64,000 nucleotides of DNA, taken from IMG/VR virus record IMGVR_UViG_3300049828_000286, one strand, 5' to 3'. Source of the DNA: an uncultured virus (IMG/VR IMGVR_UViG_3300049828_000286) (Duplodnaviria > Heunggongvirae > Uroviricota > Caudoviricetes). Within the stretch, counting starts at the first letter, position 1, and each line of letters starts with the position of its first letter. A program made the position numbers and the translations under genes. The notes under the pieces were generated by a model. It had not been told where the DNA came from. It saw only the letters and a list, made by a program, of their open reading frames with translations, and ran no database searches. Below are positions 36,647-45,957 of this stretch, in pieces.

Positions 36647-38488
36647 TTACGCTGACTTCTTCCCAATGACTGCAAACCTGTTGCGTTTGGCGTACTTGAG
36701 GGACTGTTCATATCTGACATGGTCAATGAGGTCAGTGGCCTCTCCCTTCGTGATGGTTTTGAAGTTTGCTGGCACTTTCATCTGCGCCAGAGCCATCTTC
36801 TGTCCGTCAGTGGCTAGTTGCTTCCTCCATCCGGCATTCCTGTCGACGAATCTCACCGAGTAGGAACGCATGCGCTTGGCCCAGCTCTCTGACTCCTGAA
36901 AGGCCTGCTCGAGTGACGGGACTTCGTTGACGAGCACTGTCCGCTGGCCATACTTGTCAAGCTCACCCTTCCAGCCATTCGGTGTCTGGCTAATGACCAT
37001 CCGTTCTTGCTTGTGGTTGTCTGACTGCAGGGTGACCACGTACTCCCCTGCGCTGCTCTTCCTCCAGCTCAGTGTGCTGTGTTCGAGAATCTCAGGCAGC
37101 GTATGGCTTTGCCAGAGATCCACCTCTTGCATCTGAACGTCCAGCTCTTCGAGGGACCGGATGTCTTCCGTATTTAGAGAGGGATGGCTCTCCTTGGCCT
37201 CCTCGAGCTTCTTGGCCGCGTCCAGCAGGTTCTGCCCCTTCGCATCAAAGTTAGCAGGGAGTCCAACCAACTCAGCTGATGTGATGAGGCTGTGCTTTCT
37301 GGCAATGTCGACCAGGTCGATCAGGATGCAATCGTCCTTGCCGTCAAAGAGCCGCGTTCCACGGCCTGCCATCTGGACATAGAGCGACTGGCTCTTGGTC
37401 GGCCTGGCCTGGATGATGCAGTTGACAGACGGCTCATCCCAGCCCTCTGTCAGTAGCATGGCATTGGTCAGCACGCGATACTGACCAGACGTAAAGCCTG
37501 ACAAGATGCGACGACGGTCCTGCGTGGCCATGTCGCCGTACACGACCTCAGCCGAGATGCCGGAAGCGTTGAAGCACTCGGCCATGTGCTTGGCATGGGC
37601 CACGTCGACAGCAAACGCCACCGCTTTTCTGTCAGGAGCATACTCCAGGTAGGACTTCACGGCCAGCCGGTTTCGCCCCTCGTCATCCACCACAGACGAC
37701 AGCTGGTCCAGCGCGAAGTCTCCAGCCCGCGTGGCAACCGTGTCCAGGTTGCGGTCTGTCAGCACGCGGTAGGCCCGAATAGGCGCAAGGAAGCCCTGCT
37801 CGATGCCATCCCGAATCGTCATGCTATAGGCAGACTGTTGAAAGACAGCTTCAAGGCCAATCTTGTCGCCACGCGTTGGCGTTGCGGTGACCCCTAGGAG
37901 TAGACAATTGGGCCGGCCCTGGGCATCCCATCCGGCCAGGCGTGATCGTTGCCAGGCGAGCCTCTCTGCCAGGCTAGACTCCCTGTCAGGCTTCTCTTCG
38001 ATCAGGAAGTCATCAGGGGGTAGTAGCCCGAAAGCCTGCAGGACGGTGACGTAGGATTTGGCTGTGGCGTGATGCGCCTCGTCGATCACCACCATGCGGA
38101 AGTCAGTGAGGTCAAACCGCATCAGTCGACGACACTCACTCTTGGCGATAGTCTGCACGGACGCAACCACAATGTCCGCGTCTGGATCGGCATGTAGGCT
38201 GGCCTGCTCGATCTGGACCTTAAGGTCAGGATTGGACCGGCTAATCTTGTCTCTGGCCTGCTCGAGGAGCTCCTCTCGATGCGCAATGATGAGCATCTTC
38301 CGTGATCGCTCAGGGTATGAGGACAACCACGCAGCCAACCGTGGTTCCTGGTGCAGATGTGAGAAGACGATGGTCTTCCCGAGCCCTGTTGCCAGACAGA
38401 GCAGTTGTCGCCAGGCCTGTCCAGACAGGAACAGGTCGGCTATGTTCGTTAGTGACTGACCCTGGTAGGGCCTGAGATCAAATGACAT
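36647..38488 (-). CDS. Superfamily II DEAH helicase (ResIII/Irc3-like)
   Basis: LRPYQ, ATGLGKT, IDEAHH, TATP, LTEGWD and YVQMAGRGTR motifs. AAGGA precedes the ATG at 38488. Confidence 0.92.
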   Translation of the reverse strand: MSFDLRPYQGQSLTNIADLFLSGQAWRQLLCLATGLGKTIVFSHLHQEPRLAAWLSSYPERSRKMLIIAHREELLEQARDKISRSNPDLKVQIEQASLHADPDADIVVASVQTIAKSECRRLMRFDLTDFRMVVIDEAHHATAKSYVTVLQAFGLLPPDDFLIEEKPDRESSLAERLAWQRSRLAGWDAQGRPNCLLLGVTATPTRGDKIGLEAVFQQSAYSMTIRDGIEQGFLAPIRAYRVLTDRNLDTVATRAGDFALDQLSSVVDDEGRNRLAVKSYLEYAPDRKAVAFAVDVAHAKHMAECFNASGISAEVVYGDMATQDRRRILSGFTSGQYRVLTNAMLLTEGWDEPSVNCIIQARPTKSQSLYVQMAGRGTRLFDGKDDCILIDLVDIARKHSLITSAELVGLPANFDAKGQNLLDAAKKLEEAKESHPSLNTEDIRSLEELDVQMQEVDLWQSHTLPEILEHSTLSWRKSSAGEYVVTLQSDNHKQERMVISQTPNGWKGELDKYGQRTVLVNEVPSLEQAFQESESWAKRMRSYSVRFVDRNAGWRKQLATDGQKMALAQMKVPANFKTITKGEATDLIDHVRYEQSLKYAKRNRFAVIGKKSA

Positions 38489-38593
38489 GGTGTCCTTAGG
38501 GGCGTGGTGTGTGGGTCTAATTCCACATTTCGGATTCAATAATCCGTGTCCTACCTTAGACGAACACCTCGCCTCAACTAGTATAACCCGTCC

Positions 38594-38911
38594 TCAGAAC
38601 AGATTCGGCTGTGTCAACTTCGTCGTGCTATTTAGCTTCTTGTGGCCATGGAATCGAGCCGGCCTCTTTGCCCGTGCGGTTGGCCTGACCTGATGATCGG
38701 GGATGTACTTGTACTCGCTGACCCGGATGATGCCGTCCTCGGTGCGAATGCTTCGAACCTGGTTGCGAATGTTCATCCCTTCGTGCGTGCGGAGCTCAGA
38801 GACGCGTGTGCGCCATGCGGCCTGTCCTCCCAGGGCCATCAGGGTAGCAATACCGATGGGCTGGTTGGGGTACGTCTCAAAGTAGTGCTTCAGTTTTTCC
38901 CTGTGTTTCAT
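38594..38911 (-). CDS. Winged helix-turn-helix DNA-binding protein
   Basis: AWRTRVSELRTHEGMNI...SEYKY pattern. Confidence 0.6.
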   Translation of the reverse strand: MKHREKLKHYFETYPNQPIGIATLMALGGQAAWRTRVSELRTHEGMNIRNQVRSIRTEDGIIRVSEYKYIPDHQVRPTARAKRPARFHGHKKLNSTTKLTQPNLF

Positions 38912-39213
38912 GTGCTTTCCTTTGTACGAAATGTGATGATGCCGTTGGCATCTTTTCCGACGACTTCGACCGTATTCCTCTCGACGTCCTCATGGCACTC
39001 GAAGCAGAGCGTGAGGCCATTCTCCATCGTATCCAGTCGCAACGTGGACCGCTTAATGATGTGATGGACCTGTAGATTGCGCCGACCCTCACACCTGCGG
39101 CACTTCCATTGGTCACGCTCAAGGATGGCGGTGTGCCAGGACTTGTACTCTCGGCCCGTGAGCTTCACCTTGCCCTTTTTTGGAATCTGCCTCACTGAGC
39201 TCTCCGGACGCAT
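38908..39213 (-). CDS. HNH endonuclease
   Basis: RDQWKCRRC...LQVHHI...NGLTLCFECH. Confidence 0.85.
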   Translation of the reverse strand: MRPESSVRQIPKKGKVKLTGREYKSWHTAILERDQWKCRRCEGRRNLQVHHIIKRSTLRLDTMENGLTLCFECHEDVERNTVEVVGKDANGIITFRTKEST

Positions 39214-39629
39214 AGACTGAAGCCACCGGCGTTCCTATAATAGCCGTTATGCTCGTTATGCGTGACAAGCAGCATGGCCGCAATGTCCGTGGTGACGCGC
39301 AGGCCTACTTGCTCGTGGACATCGTCTCCGGATGCGCCGCTGACTTCGCCCATGTCTCGTGAGGAGATGTCAAAAATACGACCTCCCTCGAGGTCAGCTG
39401 CGTCATCGTCAGTCGTGATATAGCGATACTCGCAGCAGGATTGGCCGAAGTCCCCAAGCTCATACACTCGTCCATCTTCCAGTGTGAGCCGAAGCAGGTG
39501 CTCGTTTCCTTCTCTGTCGAACACCGCAGATGCGATCACCTGTCCCAAGAGGTCATCAACACCATGGACAGGCTCTTCATTAGTGAGGCCGCGAACAATT
39601 GCCGCCTTGAGTACCTCTTCCTTGGTCAT
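39192..39629 (-). CDS. Conserved-looking phage hypothetical protein
   Basis: QSCCE and NEHNGYY motifs. Confidence 0.6.
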   Translation of the reverse strand: MTKEEVLKAAIVRGLTNEEPVHGVDDLLGQVIASAVFDREGNEHLLRLTLEDGRVYELGDFGQSCCEYRYITTDDDAADLEGGRIFDISSRDMGEVSGASGDDVHEQVGLRVTTDIAAMLLVTHNEHNGYYRNAGGFSLCVRRAQ

Positions 39630-40243
39630 TCCGCCTCATGTTCTGGCAGGCCAGATCGCCAGTCTGCCATCAGGACATCGACCAGGACGCCAGCCTCACT
39701 GGCTTCATCTGATGTGCCTGACAGCTGTCTCGCGATCCCAATGCATTCCTTATAGAAGGTTCGCTGTGTCTCTGAGAACATCAACGTCACCGGGTGCAGT
39801 CTGTCCGTGTCTCTGCCGAGCACCTTGTCACGTTGTTCTTTGGCCGCTGCCTGGACCTGGCTCACAGACATGTCATGGGCCATATCCAGAAGGGCTCGCT
39901 TGGCCTCTGGGCCACCTGGTAAGCTGGCGATCTCCCTGACCTTACTGATGCCAAGCTGGTCAAGTTCTCCTTCGGTCAGCAGCTTTGACTCGAGCATCTC
40001 GGCAATGGACAGGAAGTTCCTGGCCTGTCGAGGGCCGTAGTCAATCTCTCCCCTGTCCTGAAGGTCCGCAATGAAGTCGTCAAAGACCTTGAAGCCGTAC
40101 TCACGGTAGTAGGCGTTGTTCTTTAGCTCCCGCAGGAGTAGTGAGTTCTCGAGGACCGCTTCTCCGACTGTCTTACTGATCTGACTTAGACGCTCTCGGA
40201 TGAATGTGGCCCTCTGGCTAATGGGCTGTAGAATTTCGTTCAT
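39626..40243 (-). CDS. Hypothetical helical protein
   Basis: ATGA-coupled 205-aa ORF. Confidence 0.65.
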   Translation of the reverse strand: MNEILQPISQRATFIRERLSQISKTVGEAVLENSLLLRELKNNAYYREYGFKVFDDFIADLQDRGEIDYGPRQARNFLSIAEMLESKLLTEGELDQLGISKVREIASLPGGPEAKRALLDMAHDMSVSQVQAAAKEQRDKVLGRDTDRLHPVTLMFSETQRTFYKECIGIARQLSGTSDEASEAGVLVDVLMADWRSGLPEHEAE

Positions 40244-40608
40244 GATTCCAGTTCGGCCTTCAACTTCTCTAGCATCTTCTTCTTCTTCTCGAGCCGCTTC
40301 GCCTTGTTCTGTTCTTCCCTGATCTTTCGCTTCTCTTCTAGCTCGGCTTGCCTCTTCTTGTTTGCGGCCTCGTCCTTTCTAAGGGTCGCAGCAATCAGCT
40401 TGATGACTGGCTTCGAGCTGCTTGGGGTGGACTCAACAATGACGAATGCTCTCAGGCCAAGGTACTCAGGGATCTTGTGTGAGTAGCGGCAGAGTGCCCG
40501 AGCATCTTCCTCGCTGACCTCTTCCCATTCAAGCCCGTCTTGAAGGATAAAGTTCGTCTTCCATTCGTCCTCTACGCGCTGTCCGTAGATGATTTTGACT
40601 CTAGGCAT
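40240..40608 (-). CDS. Hypothetical protein with a Lys/Glu-rich coiled C-terminus
   Basis: Coupled ORF. Confidence 0.6.
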   Translation of the reverse strand: MPRVKIIYGQRVEDEWKTNFILQDGLEWEEVSEEDARALCRYSHKIPEYLGLRAFVIVESTPSSSKPVIKLIAATLRKDEAANKKRQAELEEKRKIREEQNKAKRLEKKKKMLEKLKAELES

Positions 40609-40798
40609 CTGGTACGTCCTCGATGGCTGCCTTCCTGACTACTCGCTTCACGGCGACGATCTTGTACACACCGATGATGTCGTCGTGTTCCCAAGGAAGG
40701 TCTTCATCCATATTCGATGGGTCATGCATGAGATCTTCGCCGTCAGTGTAGATCTCGACTGGTAGCTTGTACTTGGTGGCGATATCTTCAATAGCCAT
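40601..40798 (-). CDS. Hypothetical protein
   Basis: Coupled 65-aa ORF. Confidence 0.55.
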   Translation of the reverse strand: MAIEDIATKYKLPVEIYTDGEDLMHDPSNMDEDLPWEHDDIIGVYKIVAVKRVVRKAAIEDVPDA

Positions 40799-40975
40799 TA
40801 GAATCCAATCTTTGCCTGTGTCGGTTCATCGAATAACGGCGTTCCATCTGGAAGGTACAGAACGGGCTCTGGGTCTTCATGTTCAAACTCCCACAGCGAT
40901 GGCTCTGGGTAGTTCGTGCTGTTGAGTTCCCATTCCGCATTGTTGTCCTGGTTATCTGTGATGTATATGCACGCC

Positions 40976-41641
40976 TTAGAACTCGTCGTCTTCGGTCTCT
41001 GCTGCCTGACCACTTGCGGCTCCACCACGGACATACAAGTCAAATGCCGACTCAACCTCTGTCAGCAATGCCGCTGGGATCTCCTGCAGCTCACCGAACT
41101 TCAACTCAATCCAGTTCCCCTTGGCGCTTGAGTTCCTGTTGCTGGTCATCTTGAAGCTTCGCTCGAAGATGCGCTTAGCCTTCTTCTGGAGCTCGCTGGT
41201 AATCGTCCGGAACGGCGGGCACGACATACCCTTGACTCGCATCTCAAACACGACAGGAGCCCCGAACTCCTCGGTCTGCTTGAGGTCCAGGAATAGGACG
41301 TCGTACACGAGGTCTCGGCCTTTGAAGCCGCACGTCGCACAGAGGCTGGCAGGTGGCGAGTCGATGCGGCTATCTGGACGGATGGTATCCTTTGACGCGC
41401 ACCGTAGGCCAGTCTTGCCACCGTCCTTTTCCTTGTTCCACCACAGCACGCGCTCCCTGGTCACACGCAGGATCGCGACATGGAGCTCCTTGCCTAGGTA
41501 CGTCTTAGCATCAATGTCCATGAATCCGCCAGGTACGGCGTCCTCAATGCCATCAGTGTTTGTTCCAGCCTGAATTAGGGCCACCTTTGGAATGACAACG
41601 TCATCCTGTGTCAAACCCTCAAAACCAGTTTCGTAGCTCAC
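40976..41641 (-). CDS. Putative single-stranded DNA-binding protein
   Basis: AGGAG before the GTG at 41641. DVVIPKVALIQ N-terminus and an acidic tail ending in Phe (ETEDDEF). Adjacent to the exonuclease. Confidence 0.6.
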   Translation of the reverse strand: MSYETGFEGLTQDDVVIPKVALIQAGTNTDGIEDAVPGGFMDIDAKTYLGKELHVAILRVTRERVLWWNKEKDGGKTGLRCASKDTIRPDSRIDSPPASLCATCGFKGRDLVYDVLFLDLKQTEEFGAPVVFEMRVKGMSCPPFRTITSELQKKAKRIFERSFKMTSNRNSSAKGNWIELKFGELQEIPAALLTEVESAFDLYVRGGAASGQAAETEDDEF

Positions 41642-41649
41642 GCGATCTC

Positions 41650-42642
41650 CTAGTATTCCGTGTCTTCTGTGTTCACGACGTAGGCCATTTGGCCCTTTAC
41701 AGGTCGGTTCCGTTGGCTTTCGAGGAGCTCGCAGCTCGGTCGAGGTCCACAGAATCGACATTGCCAGTTCCGGTCGTCGTCATGTAGGACGGCTCGGATG
41801 TCATACGGATCCTGTTCAAAGGCTTCCGCCAGTTCAGGTCCATACTTGAAAATATGGGCTTCCACATCTGCCCAGTCCATCAGTGGTACTTCAGGTAATG
41901 TGACCGTGATGCCGTACCGGTCATTCCCACGCTTGTCCTGGCCAATCACCTTACGTTCAGTCTCACAGCCGAACGTCTTCTTTGGCAGCTGCCACTTGCC
42001 ATACTCCAGTTGAAACGTGGTCCCAGTGCTATAAACACCCGCCAGTGTCATGTAATGCACTTGGATTCTGTGTATATCCCACCACACCTGTTCGCCGGCC
42101 AGGCTATCTAGGTGACCTCCGTGCATCAGCCAACGATAGACATTGGTTTGTTTGACGTGGTCTTCCTTCGCGCCTTTGTTGAAGATGAAGTCAATAGACT
42201 TGTCCTGGATGGTCTTGTAGTCCTCAAGGGTCTTGTCCGTGAGACTCATGTAGTCGAATCGACCAGACAGTGTAAACGTTCGGCCAGTTTCCGGATCGGT
42301 GACGGTCTTAAAGAGCCGCCGTTCCGCGATGACACCAGGGACATTAGCGCTCGACTCGAGGAAGCCGTGAATCAGGCTGCCACGAACCGCCCAGTACAAC
42401 TGGCCAGGCTCCTGATAAAAGTCAGTCGTCCGTTCAAGAATGAGAGCACGTGGACAGCCGCCAAGCGCTGACGGGCTGACCATGTTGCCGCGATGTTCGT
42501 TGTTACTATGGTCACTGGCAATGGCCCTCAGGACACCCCCAGGTAGACACTTGTGCGGGCACACGTCCAGGCAGTGTTCAAAGCTGTTATCTGTCCCTGC
42601 GGTTGGTACGTGCGATGGACACCGGAACCCCTTTAATGGCAA
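41650..42642 (-). CDS. PD-(D/E)XK Cas4-like exonuclease
   Basis: SPSALGGCPR, GSLIH, LSGRFD, EDYKT, QTNVY and CRFC...C motifs. Confidence 0.8.
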   Translation of the reverse strand: MPLKGFRCPSHVPTAGTDNSFEHCLDVCPHKCLPGGVLRAIASDHSNNEHRGNMVSPSALGGCPRALILERTTDFYQEPGQLYWAVRGSLIHGFLESSANVPGVIAERRLFKTVTDPETGRTFTLSGRFDYMSLTDKTLEDYKTIQDKSIDFIFNKGAKEDHVKQTNVYRWLMHGGHLDSLAGEQVWWDIHRIQVHYMTLAGVYSTGTTFQLEYGKWQLPKKTFGCETERKVIGQDKRGNDRYGITVTLPEVPLMDWADVEAHIFKYGPELAEAFEQDPYDIRAVLHDDDRNWQCRFCGPRPSCELLESQRNRPVKGQMAYVVNTEDTEY

Positions 42643-42984
42643 CTACTTACCCTCCCTATACTCGAGAAGGTATGCACCCTCGGATAACGGGTCCTTGATG
42701 AGTACGAGCTCGTCTCCCTGCCGTGCCCCGATATTCCTCAGCCAACTGCGAGGGACTGACGTCCAACAGGCCCCAGTATTGTTTCTGACGATACGGTACC
42801 GCTTGTTCATGGCCATGGTCTTGGGATCACGAAACGTCAGCCGTAAGAGCGTAACGTCAACCTCTTCCCATTCGGCCATGTAGGACTTCGGCACGCCCTT
42901 AATCACAGACACTGGCAAGAAGACCGTTGGTTGCTTGGTGTCAGGGTCAGGAATGGTCGTGCATTGAATAGCTTGGAGAGGCAC
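42643..42984 (-). CDS. AbrB/MazE/SpoVT-like DNA-binding protein
   Basis: TSVPRSWLRNIGARQGDELVL. The start was placed at GTG 42984 because the upstream ATG overlaps the -10 box. Confidence 0.6.
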   Translation of the reverse strand: MPLQAIQCTTIPDPDTKQPTVFLPVSVIKGVPKSYMAEWEEVDVTLLRLTFRDPKTMAMNKRYRIVRNNTGACWTSVPRSWLRNIGARQGDELVLIKDPLSEGAYLLEYREGK

Positions 42985-42994
42985 AATACCTACC

Positions 42995-43028
42995 ATTATA
43001 GCAGGCGCATGACTAGTGCTTCACTAGT
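42995..43028 (-). promoter_or_regulatory. Extended -10 (TGCTATAAT) with an upstream inverted repeat ACTAGTG-AAG-CACTAGT
   Basis: The -10 box is at 42995-43003 and a perfect 7-bp inverted repeat at 43012-43028 lies over the -35 region. Confidence 0.6.
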
Positions 43029-43031
43029 TTT

Positions 43032-43367
43032 TCATAATCTCATCCCACTCCACTTAGATACCTGAATCTTTCCAAGGCACACCACCCATTGTGTGGATGT
43101 GATGGTGGGATTCGTTGAAGCTAGTCCTCCAAGCAGTTCAATGGTGAGAGCGATCCGTGCTGGATCGAGCTTCGCGTGTCTAGAGAACTTCTCTATGCAG
43201 TTGACGAAGTCAGCTCCTCTGATGTAAACCAAGTTTCGCCTTGCTTCTATTGACCGCTCGTCTATGCCAATTGTACGCCTAGCCGGATCCCATAGAATGT
43301 CATAGACCTTTTCACCGACGAGTTTAGCAGCGATAATGGCTCGTTGTTGCTGCGTGGTTAGTGCCAT
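43032..43367 (-). CDS. Hypothetical protein (tagged family)
   Basis: QRAIIAAKLVGEKVY. Confidence 0.65.
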   Translation of the reverse strand: MALTTQQQRAIIAAKLVGEKVYDILWDPARRTIGIDERSIEARRNLVYIRGADFVNCIEKFSRHAKLDPARIALTIELLGGLASTNPTITSTQWVVCLGKIQVSKWSGMRL

Positions 43368-43696
43368 ACATGTTCAGACTGGTGTTCTTTGTCTGCGGCA
43401 GGTTCCCCGTGCGTGGCAAGAACGTCCATGATTTCAGTGTGTCTTTCGACCATCTGGCTCGCGATCATATTGACCGTCTGGATAAGGGCCGGATCGGGCT
43501 TATAGCAGCTATCCGCTTCGACGCGGTCAATGATCAGATCTGACACGCCTGGGACGGCCATGGGTGCAATGAGGCGCAGGTTGCCGTCCTCGTCAGCAAT
43601 CGTCGTTGACAGGATGACCTCGAATGCGACTGGAATGCTGCCCTTATTGAAAACGTAGATTGCTGTCGTCATGGTCGTTCTCCTGTGGTCACTCAT
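43358..43696 (-). CDS. Hypothetical protein
   Basis: Coupled ORF. Confidence 0.55.
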   Translation of the reverse strand: MSDHRRTTMTTAIYVFNKGSIPVAFEVILSTTIADEDGNLRLIAPMAVPGVSDLIIDRVEADSCYKPDPALIQTVNMIASQMVERHTEIMDVLATHGEPAADKEHQSEHVWH

Positions 43697-43923
43697 AGGA
43701 CGCGCCCAGCTTCTCCTATGTGGTGATGAATACTAGCACACTGCGCGGCTCGTTTCGAGCTGTAGGCATAGCAACGAGATTCAGTCAGCCACTCTGGAAA
43801 CCCGTGCCGCCTGGCCACTGCTGTTCTCTCTGTGTTCGCGTCTCCGTAGCTGTCGTAAATGCTGTCTTTGAAGAGCCCCTCTAGCTCATTTCTCGCTACC
43901 ACTCGCCAATACTCACCGTTCAT
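43693..43923 (-). CDS. Hypothetical protein
   Basis: ATG at 43923 coupled to an upstream mini-ORF. Confidence 0.5.
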   Translation of the reverse strand: MNGEYWRVVARNELEGLFKDSIYDSYGDANTERTAVARRHGFPEWLTESRCYAYSSKRAAQCASIHHHIGEAGRVL

Positions 43924-43992
43924 GCTTCCCTGCCTCGGCTGACGCGTTTCTGGTGCTGTGTCATGCGCCCTCCTTCCCCGCAAAGGCGGCGG

Positions 43993-44232
43993 TCATGACC
44001 ATGCTCCTCGGGCCTCGATGTCGCGCACCATGGCCTCACGGAGCGTGCGTTCCACTCGCTCAGCGTCACCATTGACGGCGTACTCCTCGTGAATGCGCCC
44101 GATGCAGGTCTCGCTATCTCCCGCCACCGCGTACAAATAGCGGATCACGTTCTCGCTCCCATCGGTGGCGGTGTACCCGTATCGGCGGATTTCCAACGTC
44201 ACTGGCATCTTCTGCAGCAGTCGCCCCTTCAT
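43993..44232 (-). CDS. Hypothetical protein
   Basis: AAGGAGG RBS and ATGA coupling. Confidence 0.6.
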   Translation of the reverse strand: MKGRLLQKMPVTLEIRRYGYTATDGSENVIRYLYAVAGDSETCIGRIHEEYAVNGDAERVERTLREAMVRDIEARGAWS

Positions 44233-44783
44233 GCGCCCTCCTTCGCCTCGAGGGCGGCGTCGATGGCGGCGAGTGCCTCTACGGCCTGTGGGTTGACAGT
44301 AGCGGCGGTATGTGGACCAAGGCCATACACGTCATAGGCGAAACACATATGCTTTGCCTTTTGCGCCGCGATGTCCACCGCTCCGACCACGGTGGGCCTC
44401 ACCTGCGCCAGCACCTCCCGCAGCCGCGTCACCTCCGCCATGCGCCGGTCGTGTGCTTCTCGGCACGCCTGCCAGTCCCGCTCCAGCCGCGCCACCTCCG
44501 CACGGGCCTGCTCGGCGCGGGCATTGGCGGCTCGCAAGTCGGTGACTAATTCCTCGGCGCGTGCTTTCCACGTCAGGTCTGGAAAATGGTGGTCGCCGAT
44601 ATAGGCCAGTTTCTCCAACTCCCCTATCCGCGCCGCGTCCTCGGCGGTGCGGGCGGCGAGCAGCGCGTCCACTACTGCTCGCGCAAGGGTGTCTCCTAGT
44701 CTGGTGTCTCCTGGCAGAGCTTCACGCAACACCGATTCAATATCGTGAAGCTCGCGCTGCTCCGGGGTCAGGCGCGGCGTCAC
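44229..44783 (-). CDS. Ala/Arg-rich coiled-coil hypothetical protein
   Basis: GC-rich ORF. GTG at 44783 is coupled to a 33-aa hydrophobic mini-ORF (44780-44881). Confidence 0.55.
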   Translation of the reverse strand: MTPRLTPEQRELHDIESVLREALPGDTRLGDTLARAVVDALLAARTAEDAARIGELEKLAYIGDHHFPDLTWKARAEELVTDLRAANARAEQARAEVARLERDWQACREAHDRRMAEVTRLREVLAQVRPTVVGAVDIAAQKAKHMCFAYDVYGLGPHTAATVNPQAVEALAAIDAALEAKEGA

Positions 44784-44877
44784 GACAGCCACCACGATAA
44801 CGCGAGTAGGCCGAGGATAACGCCCCAGACGCAGACACACAGAACACAGGGACGCCCCTGCTGACGATAGTGGAGAG

Positions 44878-45252
44878 TCACTCCCGTCCCCCTTCCGGCG
44901 CGGGCTGTGTGGAGTGAATACACCTCAGCCCATCGAGGTCAGCTTTGGCTTTCTGAAGTTCCTCATGGAGTTCCTTGATATGCGGTACGACAATGCCGGT
45001 CGGCTCGTAGCACTGGTCACCTGCGATCAACCCAGCAATCTCACCATTCACGCCATACGTCCAGTCATAGGCTTGGACGAGGACGGCGACATCCAGCCCC
45101 TTGGCCTTGAGCGCCGCCACGACTTCGGCATCGGTGAGGTCTTTGGGACCACAGTAACCATTCTCACACACATACACTTGCGTCTTCTTGGACATACCAT
45201 TACTTGCACTTGTTGGGTATGGCCACTGGTCGTCGTTCGTTACGTCAATCAT
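44878..45252 (-). CDS. Hypothetical protein
   Basis: AAAGGA RBS before the ATG at 45252. Confidence 0.55.
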   Translation of the reverse strand: MIDVTNDDQWPYPTSASNGMSKKTQVYVCENGYCGPKDLTDAEVVAALKAKGLDVAVLVQAYDWTYGVNGEIAGLIAGDQCYEPTGIVVPHIKELHEELQKAKADLDGLRCIHSTQPAPEGGRE

Positions 45253-45269
45253 GAAACATCCTTTTTGAA

Positions 45270-45294
45270 ATGTCAGACTGGCACAGTGTGCCGG
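45270..45294 (-). repeat. Dispersed element, copy 4
   Basis: Exact reverse complement of 2677-2701. It supplies the TGA of the upstream gene. Confidence 0.9.
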
Positions 45295-45626
45295 TTGTAC
45301 TCGCGCTCTAGCTCCATATACACCATGGACCATCCCTGGAGTATCCACTCTGGTCTATCGTGAATCTCGAGAGCTCGAAGGATACGCATCAACTCACACT
45401 TAATATTATTCCACGTGTTCTCTGTCTCTTGGTATGGGTATGCGATGAACGTGGCGTGGTCTTGCGTCCTAATATCCAAGACAGAAGAGTCGTATTGTGG
45501 ACTGAAGATCGTACAGACTATATGTAGCTCGCCCATTCGTGTTGTGTACTTTCTGGTATCAATCTTCACACCACAGAAGCCACCAGCCACGGCTCGCCTG
45601 GCAATCCTACGCTCGAGTGCTGCCAT
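45273..45626 (-). CDS. Hypothetical protein (tagged family; paralogue of 45607-45957)
   Basis: RRAVAGGFCG and ILQGWSMVYMEL. Confidence 0.55.
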   Translation of the reverse strand: MAALERRIARRAVAGGFCGVKIDTRKYTTRMGELHIVCTIFSPQYDSSVLDIRTQDHATFIAYPYQETENTWNNIKCELMRILRALEIHDRPEWILQGWSMVYMELEREYNRHTVPV

Positions 45627-45957
45627 ATATCTTCTGTAGCTGTAGGTAGGCGATATACCAACCATAGACGATTGGGTGATCCTCTCGGTATGTCTGTTCG
45701 TGTTCTCGAATAGCACTGAACAGCTTGTCCTGGAGTTCACGCCAGTCATCGAAGGCGAGCAACCTCATTTCTCCTTGAGAACCAGTAGTCCAAATTTCAA
45801 CGGAGACCATGCCTATGGTTCTTGATGTTCTCATGGTCCACGGGTAATCGGCAGGACTTGACAGTTCCTCTACTACCACTGTCACCCCAAGGAGACCACC
45901 AGCGATAGCCTTCTTCTCGATGTCTCCCTGTATGCTATTCAAGACATGTGGCCTCAT
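45607..45957 (-). CDS. Hypothetical protein (tagged family)
   Basis: KKAIAGGLLG and IVYGWYIAYLQL. Confidence 0.55.
   Translation of the reverse strand: MRPHVLNSIQGDIEKKAIAGGLLGVTVVVEELSSPADYPWTMRTSRTIGMVSVEIWTTGSQGEMRLLAFDDWRELQDKLFSAIREHEQTYREDHPIVYGWYIAYLQLQKIYGSTRA

Noticed and set aside
40798..41055. 85-aa ORF downstream of the SSB-like gene
   Set aside because: The 3' half may be coding, but the only listed start lies inside the SSB gene and no supported start was found, so it was not called.
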